From Lama glama (Eukaryota): DNA of 64,000 nt. The DNA lies in NCBI GenBank assembly GCA_028534125.1, contig CM052816.1, forward strand, positions 12,650,001 through 12,714,000. The letters run 5' to 3'. The notes under the pieces are model-generated. The model was not told the origin of the DNA and ran no database searches. It saw only the letters and a program-made list of their open reading frames with translations. The stretch's first letter is position 1, and each line of letters opens with the position of its first letter. This document shows positions 24,919 to 37,899 of the stretch, piece by piece. The position numbers were made by a program, and so were the translations under genes.

Positions 24919-26809
24919 TGGACAAATTTTTTCTTATAATTGTCAGTGTAATTACTTGGGACTTAATTTGTTTGTATTGTGCCTAAACAGTGAACCAGCG
25001 GTCTTGTATACAATTTTTATTTGTTCTTTGTAAGTGAGGGATTATTTCTTCAAAAAAAAGTCATCTCTAATACAGATTTTCCCCTTTTGTGCCAGATCTG
25101 TATTTCCTTTCATCTACATATAATTCACTATTATCCGGACTTGGGGGAATCTAGTTAAACAATATGAATCTTGACCTCACTTTTCATTCTGTGGGACTGA
25201 CTCATGAAGCCACATAATGTTTGTGCCTTATTACAGAGACTTAAAAAAAATGCAGTTGGTGTTTGCACACTAGTTAACATTTCCTTAATGTGATTTACCC
25301 AATTTGGCTCAAGTAAAACAAGTGCCCGGTTACTTAACTTGATATGCACGTCTGAAAATAAGTTTGGTGAGATCTGCTATTGGAATTTTCTTTGTTTCAT
25401 GGAGGTTTATATAGTTGAAGAATAATGTGAATGGTTGAAAGTCCTAAAGCAGAATTTGAAGGAATGTCAACAACCCATATTTACTGTAATAGCACTTGGG
25501 CAATAGTTCATCTCCACTTCGCTTCAGAGCTATAAATAGTCCTAATTGGTTTTCTTTGTACGCTTACTGGATTAATTATAGTAGAACAAGCCAAGTGATA
25601 TTACTGTAGCAGTTGGCCAAACTTGACACAAACACAATAATTAAAATGATTGCTTTTTAATTTCGCCCCTTTTCAGTAGTTTAATGAGCTGAATCTACAG
25701 TGTTACAAGCCTTCAAGAATTCGACTTGAGAATCACTAGGCTTTTCTGTCAATATGTTTCCATTGTTGACAGTGGATTTCAGTGTGTTGTTGGGAGTTTC
25801 CTTCAGAAAGGAAACACCTGGGTCCTGCTTTCAGGCACTGTCGGCTTAGTTAAAATGTATTGTTGCCATCATTCTTGCAGCACCAAGGAATAATCATGTG
25901 TTTCCATCTACCTATCCAAATTGCTACTGGTAACACACACACACACAGGGTAACACACGCATGTGCACTTGCCTGCACACACACATACACACATCCTTAA
26001 CAGAGAAACTGTTTCCTTCAGCATCAGTAAAGGTCACATGGTTTATTTCAACATGTCCTCCAACAAGCTGTTCAGTGCTCAGCATTATCCAAGGCAAAGA
26101 CTGCTCAGCTGCTCCGCCATCCTGTCTCTCTTGTTGCAAGATGTCTGATTCCATCTGGAAAAGTATGGTTATTGTTAATGTACAAGAAGAGGGCCTCTGG
26201 GGAGCAAAAAAAGTGAAAAATGGCCACTGCCAAAGATATAGTCCTTTCATCCTAAAAAGGTTACCTGAGCTGCTCTTGGTCCTCCCATTATGTTCTTGCG
26301 CGGTTTGCCAATTAACTTTTCCCAGTGCTCAGGGGTCACTGATCTGGACAGCATCCTTTGGTTTCCCCTCCCATTGATTCCCAGAAAAGTTGTTATAAAT
26401 GCACTGTACTTCCTTTCTGCTTTTCCCTTAGTGACTGGGTTGCTTTGTGAGAATTTGATACACAGGTTTGAACAACCTCTTTACATAGTGGAGACAAGAA
26501 ATAGAAGAGGAGAAGTACACTCAAATGAGCTAGAATGAGAGCAAACTTCAGCTTAAATCTTTCACAGAACTACCCTGATCTTTGTTGCTTTTGAAAATTT
26601 TAAAACAGAGAACAGTTGAGAGAGGAGAAGAGTGTTTTTCCCCCTCTGTATATCTCAGAAGGATTTCCCACTTCATATCAGACTCTGAATGACTCTATAT
26701 AGCCTGCATTTAAAATGTCAGTCATTTCACCAGGCCTTTAGTAAACAAGGATTCAACTGGCAGTTGGAGAAGCTGAGCACCTGCAAGTTTCTCCAGTGTT
26801 CCCAACACT

Positions 26810-27570
26810 CTTCGAAATAGTGAACATTCCTCAGAATTCAGTTCTGAGCCCTTGATTTTCTGTCTTTACATCCTGCCCCCCCAGGCAGTCCATTTGCTCT
26901 TACAGATTCATTTCTTGCCCCCATGTTAGAGATTGCCAAATCTTTATCCCAGACACTAACCTCTCATCCGTGCTCCAATCCCAATCATCAGTTGCCTGCT
27001 GGACATTTCTTTAAGACGTCCCAGTGTCAATTTAAACTCAACAGATGCACCGTGAATGGAACTCGTCTTCTCCCCATCTCTCCCCTCTGCTCTGACAGGC
27101 TGCCTCTCCACCATCCACAATTCTTTCCCTCTCTCTCAATCCATCTCTCCCTTCCCTCTCCCCCTCTCTCTCACAGCCGTTCCAGTAATGATCAAGATTG
27201 CAGTCATCCTTTGATTTCCTCTCTCCCCTCTTCTCACATCTCTGCACTACATGAGTCTTCTGTAGTCTTTCATGCCTCGGCTGTGTCCGCTTTCTCTACA
27301 GGGTACCTAAGTCATCCAAGTTTACCCAGGCATTTACTCAACCAGTGTTTCTTAGTTATCTGTGCCTTGCACTGTGATAGGCACAGTGAGGATCTGATGT
27401 TAGGAAAGAAATTGCCATGTCAGTAATCATAACCATTTCCCCTGAATTATTACAACAGTCTCCTAATTGGTGTCCTGGAAGCCAGTGTCTCTTCCTCTCC
27501 CGTCCACCAGGCCACAGGTTAACCTTCCCAAATACAATTTGATACTATCTTTCTAAATATCATAGCTCTA
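26810..27570 (+). mobile_element. L2 LINE fragments
   Basis: CCAAATCTTTATCCCAG...TGCCTGCTGGACATTTC...TTTAAACTCAACA...TGAATTATTACAACAGTCTCCTAATTGG. Confidence 0.65.
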
Positions 27571-28041
27571 ACTATCAGCGACTCTGCTACATTCATTATG
27601 GCCTAAAACATTTAGGACTCTTCTGGTAGAGCATCGTAGGCCACCCAGCTGCATTTTGAATCATGGCTGCGTGTCCACTGGCAAAACGGGAATACCATCT
27701 CACCTTCAGCTGCCAGCCTTCCTTCCACCAGACACTGCAGGGGATGAGGGCAGCAACTGAGAGTCTTACCCTGCCAGAAGCAAGACTCTCTGGGGAAGAC
27801 TGGGGTGCCCGGGATAATGAGGCCCATGGATTAACTTCCCAGTTGAACAAGTTAGCACCGTTCAGTGCCATTGACGGTGGTCAATGCCCACAGTGCCAAC
27901 TGGGTTTCTGAAAAACATGTGTGGGAGATTTCTAGATAGATAAATTAGTGCAAGTTGACCACACTCTGATCTTAGAACAACAGGGAAGACCTCCCTGATG
28001 AAGTGACATCCATTCCTTTATGTTTAAAATAGTTCATCTTT

Positions 28042-28118
28042 GGGGGGAGGGTATAACTTAGTGGTAGAGCACGTGTCTAGCAAGCATGAGGTCCTGGGTT
28101 CAATCCCCAGTACCTCCA

Positions 28119-28158
<40 letters not shown>

Positions 28159-28200
28159 CCTAATTATCTACCCCCAACAAAAAATAAAATAAAACATTTT
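28042..28200 (+). mobile_element. tRNA-Ala-derived camelid-type SINE with (TAAA)n tail
   Basis: GGGGAGGGTATAACTTAGTGGTAGAGCACG...GGTCCTGGGTTCAATCCCCAGTACCTCC (A and B boxes), then (TAAA)n and an A-rich tail. Confidence 0.9.
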
Positions 28201-28648
28201 AAAAGATAAAATTTTAAAAATAGGACCTTTTTTAAATTATTACAGAAGCAGCACACATTATAAATCCATTCAAACAGTACAAAAGTATATAGAGACATGG
28301 AAAGTCCCTCGTGTGACCTCTGCCCCCGCAGATCACCAGGAGTGTGGAGAGCACATGGCACTGATACTTCACTCAGCTTTTCAGTCTCCTTGCCATTTCA
28401 ACATCTTTCCCAGCATCTCCATAACAAAAGTGAAAAAGAACAGCCAGCATAGCTGACTCATTTTATCTCAAATTTCAGCTCTCACAGGCATCCCCCAAAG
28501 TAGGAGAAAAGGTGGAAGCCAGGGAGGGCACCTCGAGCCTGCAGTGACCAGGGCACAACATCCCCCACCCCCACCCCAGGCCCACGATTGCGGGATCAAG
28601 CTCCCGCACACCCCGGCTGGAGTCTCCGCTGCTGGTGTGGATGCTCTC

Positions 28649-28665
28649 TGACCACTAGGTGGCTC
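28649..28665 (+). promoter_or_regulatory. CTCF consensus site
   Basis: TGACCACTAGGTGGCTC. The core CCACTAGGTGGC (28652-28663) fits CCASYAGRKGGC exactly and sits in a locally CpG-enriched patch. Confidence 0.6.
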
Positions 28666-29139
28666 TGTAACCTACCTGATGCAGTGCCCACTTGCTGGCG
28701 GAAGTGAAGAACCGAAACGGTTCAGACAGAATCCTGTCCCCACACCGTCCCCAATTGTTTCTGTCTTAATTTTCGCCCACTCCTCCGTGTCCAGACAGAA
28801 TGGGAGCACGAAGCCGGTCTGCGCAGTCTCACCAAGGCTGCTGTCTTGTCCCCGCTGGGGACGAGAAGAGGGCTGTTTCCTCCAGCAGGCCAGGCTCCGG
28901 CTGTGAGGCTGCAGGCTGCTTCCTAACTGTGAAGACGAGCAGGGCGCCCAGGCACTCTGTCCTGGTGGCCGCAGGGATGGAAAATTCCTTCACATGGTGG
29001 CTCCTCATCTGCGGCATTCGTTCACTCGTGCCTGTTAGTATATTCAGGGAACCTTGCTGGGTCCAGAAGGTAGAGAGGCTGGGGCATCCTTGAGAGTTTA
29101 ACAGTCACACAGGAGTGACAAACAAGCTGCTTGCCCAAC

Positions 29140-29612
29140 ACCCATCCTCCTCCTGGATCTCAGTTTTCCCCTGGGGAGCACTGCCCCCCTCCCTTCACCT
29201 CCCCCACCATAAGGGTATCTGGTGTCCGACTCTATCCTGGCCTGACCGCCGCATCCCCACTTACACTGATTGGTTCAGGGATGAGCACATGGTGTGACCC
29301 AAAGAGATGCAGCCTGGGGAGTTTTGCTGGGACTATAGAGAATCAAGCTTTCTCTTCTTTGATGCAGATCTTGAACCTGGAATTACGTAAGCCGGAACCT
29401 GCAGGCAGCCACCTTTCCAGCACACGAGCTCTGGGAATGAAGCTAGTGTGGAGGAAAGCAGAGTTAAGAGACAGAAAGAGATTGGGCCCCGATGATGTCA
29501 TTTGAGTCCTTGAATCAAAACATGCCTGAAGCTCTGTCTACACCTGAAGTGTCAGTAGATTTCCACTTTGCTTGGTCTTACTTGAATCATGTTTTCTGTC
29601 GCTTGCACCAGT
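29140..29612 (+). mobile_element. Old MaLR LTR (MLT1 J/K-like)
   Basis: TGATTGGTTCAGGGATGAGCACATG...CCTGCAGGCAGCCACC...GATGTCATTTGAGTCCTTGAATCAAAACATGCCTGAAGC...TTTTCTGTCGCTTGCA. Confidence 0.65.
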
Positions 29613-29904
29613 CAGTGGGCTGGAGATAATTAAAATCAGGATCTCCTACCTTGCCTTGGGAGCTAAGTGGATTTCTCAGGGAAGTGCATTTTCTTGAAAA
29701 GCCATCAGCATTTTATAAATACTTTCTTTAGAAAAACTGGGTATGACTATAAATATGTACACACACATTATTTAGCCACATCAGCAGGTAGATGGAGATA
29801 AATTCCATCTCAAAAAATTGACAAATATTTTGTTGTCTCTGTATGGCAGGCACTGTTTTAGATGCTGAGGAAACATCCATGATCGAAATAAAATTTACAA
29901 AGTC

Positions 29905-30325
29905 CTTTCATCATCTCTGGTGTTCTTCCCCCAAATTAGTAACTTCAGTTAATCATGAGGACATAAAACATCAGCTAAGCCCAAACTGAGGGATATTCTA
30001 CAAAACATTCGACCAGCATCCTTCAAACCCATTAAGGTCATAAAAAACAAGGAAAGACAGAGACACTGTCACAAATTGGGGAAGATTAAGCATCGTGATG
30101 ACTAAATTCAATGCAGATCCTGAAAAAGAGAAAGGACATTAGTGAAAAACCTAGGGAAATCTAAATAAAGCTTGTAGTTTAGTTAGTAGTATTGTGCTAA
30201 TGTTAATTTCTCGGTTTTATGTAAGATGTTAAGATTAGGGGAGGCTGGGTGAAGGGTATACCTGAATTTTCTGTACTACTTGACCAGCTTTTCTGTAAAT
30301 CTGCAACAATTTCAATATAAAAGTT
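29905..30325 (+). mobile_element. L1MC-like 3' end inserted in an antisense L2 fragment
   Basis: CCCAAACTGAGGGATATTCTACAAAAC...AAAGGACATTAGTGAAAAAC...TGTAAGATGTTAAGATTAGGGGAGGCTGGGTGAAGGGTATA. L2-like flanks at ~29815-29900 and ~30335-30400. Confidence 0.7.
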
Positions 30326-30599
30326 TTTTTTTTAAGTCCATGCCTTCAGAGATTAAATTCTAGTGGAAGAAGTAAAACAAACAAAATACAATAAATAAAT
30401 TGTATGTCAGCATCAAGATTGGATGATTTTGAAAATTCTCAGACTCTCTAAATGACAGAAGATACTAAAAGTCAGAAATGGCTGCCAAAACAGTGCTGTA
30501 GGGAAAAGGCTGAGTGTGTGACTGCACGACCTGTTGTTAAAACCTTGGAAAGACAGAAAGGTCACAGTATTCAGTCACAAAAACGGCCCTTTTGCCACT

Positions 30600-30748
30600 T
30601 TGCTCATTGTACATTTTTGGTGTTAAATTTGAATTTTTAAGAAAACATCATATTAAAACATTATTTATCTCTAGTACTGAGTTTTGTGGCACCCCCTTCC
30701 ATTTTGCCCAAGGCAGGTGCCTCATTTACCTCCCCTCAGTCCTGGCTG
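30600..30748. mobile_element. hAT-Tip100 MITE fragment (MER96-like)
   Basis: ATTATTTATCTCTAGTACTGAGTTTTGTGGCACCCCCTT...ATTTTGCCCAAGGCAGGTGCCTCATTTACCTCCCCTCAGTCCTGGC. Confidence 0.45.
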
Positions 30749-32562
30749 GACTCCCCACAGCCCTACGGGTTATTGTCCCTATTTTACAGGTAAGGAAACT
30801 TGAGCATAGACAGGTGGTGCAGAACCAGGCAGCAATGAAGTGGTCAAGCCGGAATCTAAGCTCTATGTCCTAACGCTATAACTACACTGCAATTCCTTCC
30901 TCACACTGGTAACTCTTAAAGACCATTGCAGTAGCTGGCGGTTCTGTTACCTCCACTCTCACTGCAGTATCTGAATATGCAGCTTTTCCCCATCACATCC
31001 CCAGCAGACCGTCCTGACTGACAGCCCACTGGCTGACCTCCATGGTAAATCAGAGCATCAGAAACACTGGACTTCCTGCTCAAGTCGCAGTTAGTAATTC
31101 AGTTGTGTGACTCCACAGCTCTTCTATGAAATAAAGGGCCTAAGCTTCATATTACCTGTTTTTCTCCCATTCTCTTTTGTGTGAGCTGTTTGGGTGGCTG
31201 TACAGCAGCTGGTAAAAGTAACAGTGTAAGGACAAATCATGTTGACTGTGAACCTCGAATCAGTCCTGGAGGAAAGTTCAGGTCCAAAAAATGCTTTGGC
31301 TAATTATGGTCAGTCATCAAGAATACCAACAGTACATAGCATTACTCAGTGCACTGTGAAAGGACTGCATTTTTTCAACAGAGAAAAAACAACGTAATAT
31401 TTTTGTTTAGGGTAGAATTAAAAAAAAACTCCTTGAATATTTATATATAGCCATAATTATAGCTATTGCCTTTTTCCTGTGTCTCCAGCATCCTTCATGG
31501 TTAGTAGAACACATGGTCGAAGGACACACAAGCACACTTGAAAGGATTTTCAACCCAACCCAACCTTTCCACCCCTCGAACATCCACAATTTCTTCCCCA
31601 TCTACTGACTGATTTCTGAGTCTTAAAATAGAATACAAAGCCTTTTGCTCTACAAAAGGAGTGAACGCTAGAATGCTGGTGCTCCTGGAAGAGGGAACAC
31701 ATGACTTAAATTTACCTCATATTCTAAGTGGAAGCTGTTAGATCATTTACAAAGAAAGAGAGGGAAATAGGGAAAGTGGGCCTTATGCAGTCCAAATAGC
31801 CGAATAGCTGGCCACGTGCTGACTTCCATCGAAACACTGTCTATGGCTGTTCTTATAAACAGTGATATTGCCCGGGAGCACTGGCGTGGTAATCCCATTA
31901 GAGAGGGTGTGCAAAAGGTTCTGGCAGCATGTTCTTTGCTGAAATATCACGATAATGTGCAAAAAAGCTTTTGCAAGTGTGAGAGGTCCACGAGCCCATG
32001 TGGAATTAGTTAAGAACCCTAGAGAATCTTCAGATGGTAATACCGCTTTTGCAATTGTTAACCCAGAAGGATCCAAGACAGGACCTTGCCAACCAGGGCC
32101 TGGCACAATGTGGGGGTAAGGACAAAGGAAAGAAAGTTCCCTTAATCAGAGTTCCTGTGAATCTTTTACGTCTGATTATCTCACCCCCATGGATGGCTCC
32201 CCTTTACCGCTGAAGGAGACCAGGCTCTCCATGGCTTACAGTGTTCTGCCTGGACTGGCTGCAGCCGGCCGCTCTAGCCTCACTCCTGTGGCTTCTCAGC
32301 CCCTCACCAGTTACTCTTAGCTCCTCAGGCACGTGGCTTCTTTCCTGTACTAGGATCAGTCTTTCCCCTGTTCTTCCCCTGGGCCACTCCTACTCATGCT
32401 TCAGATACCAGCGATCAAATGTCACTTCCTCAGAGATGCCTTCCCTGGCCTCTGGGACTATTCTAAAGCCTTCCACGTGTATACGCTCACACTCCCCTGC
32501 CCGTCCTCGTCACACTTAGTGTAACCACACTTGAATAATTATTTGCATAATCATCTGTTTAA

Positions 32563-33062
32563 NNNNNNNNNNNNNNNNNNNNNNNNNNNNNNNNNNNNNN
32601 NNNNNNNNNNNNNNNNNNNNNNNNNNNNNNNNNNNNNNNNNNNNNNNNNNNNNNNNNNNNNNNNNNNNNNNNNNNNNNNNNNNNNNNNNNNNNNNNNNNN
32701 NNNNNNNNNNNNNNNNNNNNNNNNNNNNNNNNNNNNNNNNNNNNNNNNNNNNNNNNNNNNNNNNNNNNNNNNNNNNNNNNNNNNNNNNNNNNNNNNNNNN
32801 NNNNNNNNNNNNNNNNNNNNNNNNNNNNNNNNNNNNNNNNNNNNNNNNNNNNNNNNNNNNNNNNNNNNNNNNNNNNNNNNNNNNNNNNNNNNNNNNNNNN
32901 NNNNNNNNNNNNNNNNNNNNNNNNNNNNNNNNNNNNNNNNNNNNNNNNNNNNNNNNNNNNNNNNNNNNNNNNNNNNNNNNNNNNNNNNNNNNNNNNNNNN
33001 NNNNNNNNNNNNNNNNNNNNNNNNNNNNNNNNNNNNNNNNNNNNNNNNNNNNNNNNNNNNNN
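32563..33062. other. Assembly gap (500 N)
   Basis: Run of N. Confidence 1.
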
Positions 33063-33466
33063 AATAGTCATTGCCTTCTTGAGCAAAATAGAGTAGCTGC
33101 AGAAGTCTTCAGGACTGCCTCTGTGCAACAGGCAGCCATTTTTAAGGGGCCAACAAGGAGTAACGTTGTTTTAATTTATTTTGCAGTCTGTAGTAATCGC
33201 TTATTTCAGGTAAACATTAATTGAGTGCCTCCCTTAAGCCAAGCACTGTGTTCAGTGCTGGGGGTGAAAAGATCAAAAAGGCATAATCCCTGCCCTTGAG
33301 GAGCCTCAGAAAAGTAGAGGAGAGAGGCTCACAATCCTTTATCAAGTGCTAATACAGGAGTAGAGGGATAAAGAGGATGCTTTGTGAGACTGGAAGAAAG
33401 GTAACAGAGAGTCCTTTTGCTCAGCTGCGACCACACATCATCCAAAACTTAAAGGATCAGCAGGAG

Positions 33467-33983
33467 TGTTACTGAGTCCAAACTTGTTTTGGTTGCTGCA
33501 CGATAGGCCCATAAATTGGGAGATGAGGTGCTGGGGCAAGGAATGATGCCTTTATTTGGAAAGCCAGCAGACTGAGAAGATGGGGGACTAATGTCCTAGA
33601 GAACCATCCTACTCACGTCAGAATTCAGGCTCCTTTCATGCTAAAAAGGGGAGGGAATATGGTTTGTTGTTGCAGACTTGGTGTGGGGCTCCTTTGTTCT
33701 TGCAGCTGTCCGTGTGGGTCAGGTCATGATATTCCTGTAAACCTCCAACAAGGCAACTGTTATTCTCTGTGTTGCAAATTTTTATCTCTATATGTATGGA
33801 AAAGTGTTATACCCTTCAAGGTCAGAGCCTGGAGAAAAGGCTGTCCTGTATCCTTCAGGCTCTAGGAAGCATCCTTTTACAAAAGGTGCAGAACCAGCAT
33901 GACTAAGCACAGGGCACAGAGCCCAGGGTTAGAGCTAAAGGAACAGATCTAATATGGAGTCAGATTTGTTCTTCCCTCTTACA
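33467..33983 (-). mobile_element. ERV1-like solo LTR, family A copy 1
   Basis: TG...CA termini (TGTTACTGAG...CTCTTACA), 4-bp TSD GGAG (33463-33466, 33984-33987) and a minus-strand AATAAA near the left end. Colinear with 49338-49854. Confidence 0.88.
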
Positions 33984-34623
33984 GGAGTTACCCAAGTAAA
34001 GAGAACAGAAACAGCTTTCTAAGCCAGAGTTAGAGCAAGAAGAGCATGGAGTGATATGTGTAAAGAAGAAAACAGGCTGAGCTATCTCCGAAGGGAACAT
34101 GCTGGTAAAATAATAAGACTAATAAATAATAATAAACAAAGCTATTGTGAACTGTCAAGCCCCTGTAATCTTCAAGGTATGTTAAATCGGTGCTCTCCAG
34201 AACAGATTTGCTTCCCATCTTCATGATTCTTGTTGTAATTGCGTGTTGCCATTACTGTTATTCATTTCATATTCTTCTTTAAATCAACCTTGTTGGGCAT
34301 CATCCTAAGCAAGATTATCCATCAAATCGGTGATTTTATCTTAGTCATGTTTTTCTCGTACTTACGAAGTACATAACTATTAAAATGTGTGCCATCTAGA
34401 ATCATCTTAAATACAACCAGGGGCATGTACACGTCACTGGTTAAAAGATCAGAGGTGGAGTAGAGGCTGATTAGTATAAAATATGTTGTGTCAGCTCATG
34501 GATTGATTTGGTTGGGGGGGGTGATGTCAGCACAGGGCTGAGTTTAAGGCATGATTCCTGTCATCAAGGCGCTTCATGACAGCTTGGTTTAGCTTTCCTG
34601 CTCATAAATCAATTACATTGCTA

Positions 34624-35377
34624 TGTAACCAAGCAGGACCCTACTGTCATCAGTGACCATATGGTATTTGTAGCTGCTTACCTGTATAATAAATTGAAGG
34701 GTTTTTTCCCCTTGTCCTTTTGCTGACTAGGATTAGGCTTGGGAGGAGGGAGAGGGGAGTTTGGGCGATCTGCCCATCCTCCTCCTCTTGCCCCCAACAT
34801 CTCAGAAATGGAAGTTGGGTGTTTGTGCATCTTGGTGTTCATAACTCAGCCCAACTGCAAATATCTGCAGTTATTCTTAGCCTCCTGTGATTTCTTTGTA
34901 TCCTGTTGTTTGAGGTGCAAACCTTAGTCTGCAGTGAGAAGTCCCAGGCCCCAGTCTGCCTAAAACACTAGAAGCATTTATCAACCTGACTTTAAACTGC
35001 ACAAGTTTTCTTATGGAGCTATTTTCCACGGACCACTTCCTATGCATCCTTTGTTTCAAGCATAAGAATATTAGAAGCGTCTCAAGGCCAGAGGTAAACT
35101 TCATACCCAGCAGAAAGAAGGAGAACTTTGCATCTGTAAAAACAAGAACAACCTTGCAACAATTTACTATCTCTATGGAAACCAGCGCTGCCCCTTGGAT
35201 GCTTACTATAAAACCCCCCATCTTCTCTCCCCGACAGGCTTCAGCTTTGGTGGCATTAGCCCACTGTGACCTCCTTTGCCTGGCAAAGAAAGAAAGCTAC
35301 CCTTTCTACTTCATCCAAAACTCTGTCCTCGAGTCTTAATTAGGTAAGCAGGGCGTGGAGGCTGTGTTTTGGCAACA
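34624..35377 (+). mobile_element. ERV1-like solo LTR, family B copy 1 (5' internal deletion), nested in an MLT1A-like LTR
   Basis: TGTAACCAAGCAGGACCCTA...TTTTGGCAACA termini and a TATA-like CTATAAAA at ~35205. Colinear with 37900-38741. Confidence 0.82.
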
Positions 35378-35710
35378 ACTGGGGCCTGAATGTGTCCCCT
35401 TGCAATTCATGTGCTGAAATCCTAATGCCCAATGCAATGGTATTAGGACATGGGGCCTTTGGGAGGTGCTTAGGGCATGAAACTGTAGCCCTCATGAAAA
35501 GGATGAATGACCTCATAAGAGCTCGCTAGCTCCTTTTACCACGTGAAGACACAGTAAGAAGTCTGCAACCTGAAGAGGGTCCAAATGTGACGATGCTAGC
35601 ACCCTGACTTTGGCCTTCCGACCCCCAGAACTGTGAGAAATAAATTTCTGTTGTTTCTAAGCCACCCAGTCTACAGTATTTTGTAATAGCTGCCCAAACA
35701 GACTAAGACA
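35378..35710 (+). mobile_element. MLT1A/MLT1A0-like MaLR LTR
   Basis: CTGAATGTGTCCCC...GGGGCCTTTGGGAGGTG...CCAGAACTGTGAGAAATAAATTTCTGTTGTTTCTAAGCCACCCAGTCT...GACTAAGACA. Confidence 0.85.
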
Positions 35711-35919
35711 AATGACAACGATGGTAGCAGCCGCGTAGGACCAGTCCTTGTATATGTCAAGCCTTGCACTTGGTACTTTGCATCCCTTTGCTTATGTAAT
35801 CCTTACAACTCTCTATGAGACAGAGTTGATGGTTCCGCCCATTTTAACAGGCTGACGGGGCTAAATGTCTTGTGGGAGTTCTGACCTTTTGTTTCGGAGA
35901 AAAGATCACAAGAAAGCTG

Positions 35920-36240
35920 CCCTGTGTAGTTGAAAGAGAGCTTCATCCAGAGTCCGGAGGCCAGAACTTTGGTCCCAACACAGGCACTGATTCCCTGCGG
36001 ACTTCAGAAGAGCCTATTAAACTCTCCAGGCTGCAGGTTCCTTCTGTGAAGTGTTTACATTCCATGATGTTTAAGATCAGTGGTCAGCTGGAGACTCTTT
36101 CTAGGTCTGTTTCTTTATCTGCAAAACAGGGCTAATAATACTGACTTCATAGGATTATTGTGAAGTTAAATGTAGGTAGAGCCCTAGCCCCAGGTCTGAC
36201 ACGTGTTAAGAATACACTAAATGGCATTATAAACAAAAGC
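35920..36240 (+). mobile_element. MIR fragments
   Basis: CTGTTTCTTTATCTGCAAAACAGGGCTAATAATACTGACTTCATAGGATTATTGTGAAGTTAAATG. Confidence 0.65.
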
Positions 36241-36454
36241 ACTATTAGTCATCATAATCCTGATAGTCTTGATAATCACCTTGATGATTTTTTGAAATGG
36301 ATAATTCATCCACAAATAAATAAGAGTGAATTAATTATACTACTCCATAGAAATGCATAGTATGCTGTCTGATTTTCATTTCAGGCGGGTCTGTTTGCAT
36401 TTCTCTGTGCTTGCATATCTTCAAGTCAGACGTGAAGAACATACTCTTCAACTG

Positions 36455-36955
36455 GTGTGGGAGTTGGCCTCCAAGGTGATCTCCATGATTCAACACGCGC
36501 TTGGTAGTCCCTTCCTGCACTGAACAGGGCTGGCTTGTGTAACCACTAAGATATGGTGGAAATGATGCCGTCTGACTTCTGAGGCCAGGTCCTAAAAGGC
36601 ATTTCAGCTTCTGCTGTACTTCCTCTCAGCCTGCAGTCCTATGGAGAGGCCTGTGTGGTGAAGAACTGAGGTCTCCTGTCAGTCAGTGGAGAACTGGGAC
36701 TTTTATCCAACAGCCATGTGCATGAGCCATGTGGCATGTGAGTCCTCCAGCCACAGTCAAGCCTTTAGATGACTGCAGGCCCTGCCAACATCTCAACTGC
36801 AACGTCATGAAAGACCCTGAGCCAGAACCACTCAGCCGAGCCACCCCCAAAGTCCTGGCACAAAGTGCAAAGAACTCTGAGATAATGAACACTCGTTGTT
36901 TTGAGTCACTCTGTTTTACGGTGATTTGTCATGCAGCAAGAGATAGCAAATATGA
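36455..36955 (+). mobile_element. MLT1F-like MaLR LTR
   Basis: TGACTTCTGAGGCCAGGTCCTAAAAGGC...CCAGCCACAGTCAAGCCTTTAGATGACTGCAG...CCCTGAGCCAGAACCACTCAGC...GTGATTTGTCATGCAGCAAGAGATAGC. Confidence 0.8.
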
Positions 36956-37899
36956 ATGAATCATTGCAAAGGGTAAAGAAAATATTTTAATTGAAAGCAT
37001 ATAGCTGCACTGGTATAATCTCATTCAGGCCACCATGGAGCTGTGAATGTTCGAAGGCAGGGAATAAGGAAGGGGAAGGGGAGAGGCATCATGGAGGCTG
37101 GGGGCTCTGTAGCACAGAGGTCTCTACGAACATCTTCTCCCTAGCAGCAGAGGCCAGTAGAAGATTTCACCAAGTGTTGCTCACCAAGCTTAAGTTCTCA
37201 TTCAGAAGCAGGGTGGATGGTGGCAAGGGAGATGCATCTGCAGACGCATCGATTCCACCAAAAGACTTTTTTCGCAGGCGGAAAGTCCAAGGCAGTAGTT
37301 TGGCGTGGGTCTCTTTTGAACAGCCAAAGCTTCACCTCCCCAGCTATTTAGTTCTGATTACTTTTGAATAACAAAATTTGCTAGAATAATTTTCCACTGA
37401 GCAACAACCATTCATGAACAGGCAATGTTACTACTCATGCTTCTCTGTTAAAAATAGGCCCATTTTCTTGCTTTCCAAAAGTGCACTGTATAGTGGGAGC
37501 ATGCATTTGGAACATGGCAAAACCTGGTTAATTCTGTGCCGCTTTATACTGTGCCAATGTGTAATAATGCCTCTTAGGAAACTGACCTGAGAATAGTATG
37601 CAAAAGCTACTTGGAGGAGGATGAGGAGGAAGGAATTGGAACTTCCCTTTTTCTCTCAGCTCCTGCCTCCATCTACCATGTAACTCCAGAGTCCCCTGCC
37701 TGGTTTGCCCTGGTCTATTTTGTCCTTGTAGATACCAGCCCTGGTCTCCTGGTTTGGGAGCTCCTCTCCTCTGGGATGCTTTTGAGGAAAATGAGCATGT
37801 CTCGTGTCTAGCCCTGGTCAGTGTCCTCTCCATCCCCTAGCAAATTTGGTCACCCTTTTTATGGAGGACCCTTTTGCCACAAACTCAAAGCCCCATTAC

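Noticed and set aside
26923..27426. 167-aa ORF
   Set aside because: It lies in a degraded L2 and pyrimidine-rich low-complexity sequence, with a biased S/P/L/H composition and no known domain.
32531..33128. Long ORFs of 178 and 189 aa in the track
   Set aside because: They consist of X residues from the 500-N gap.
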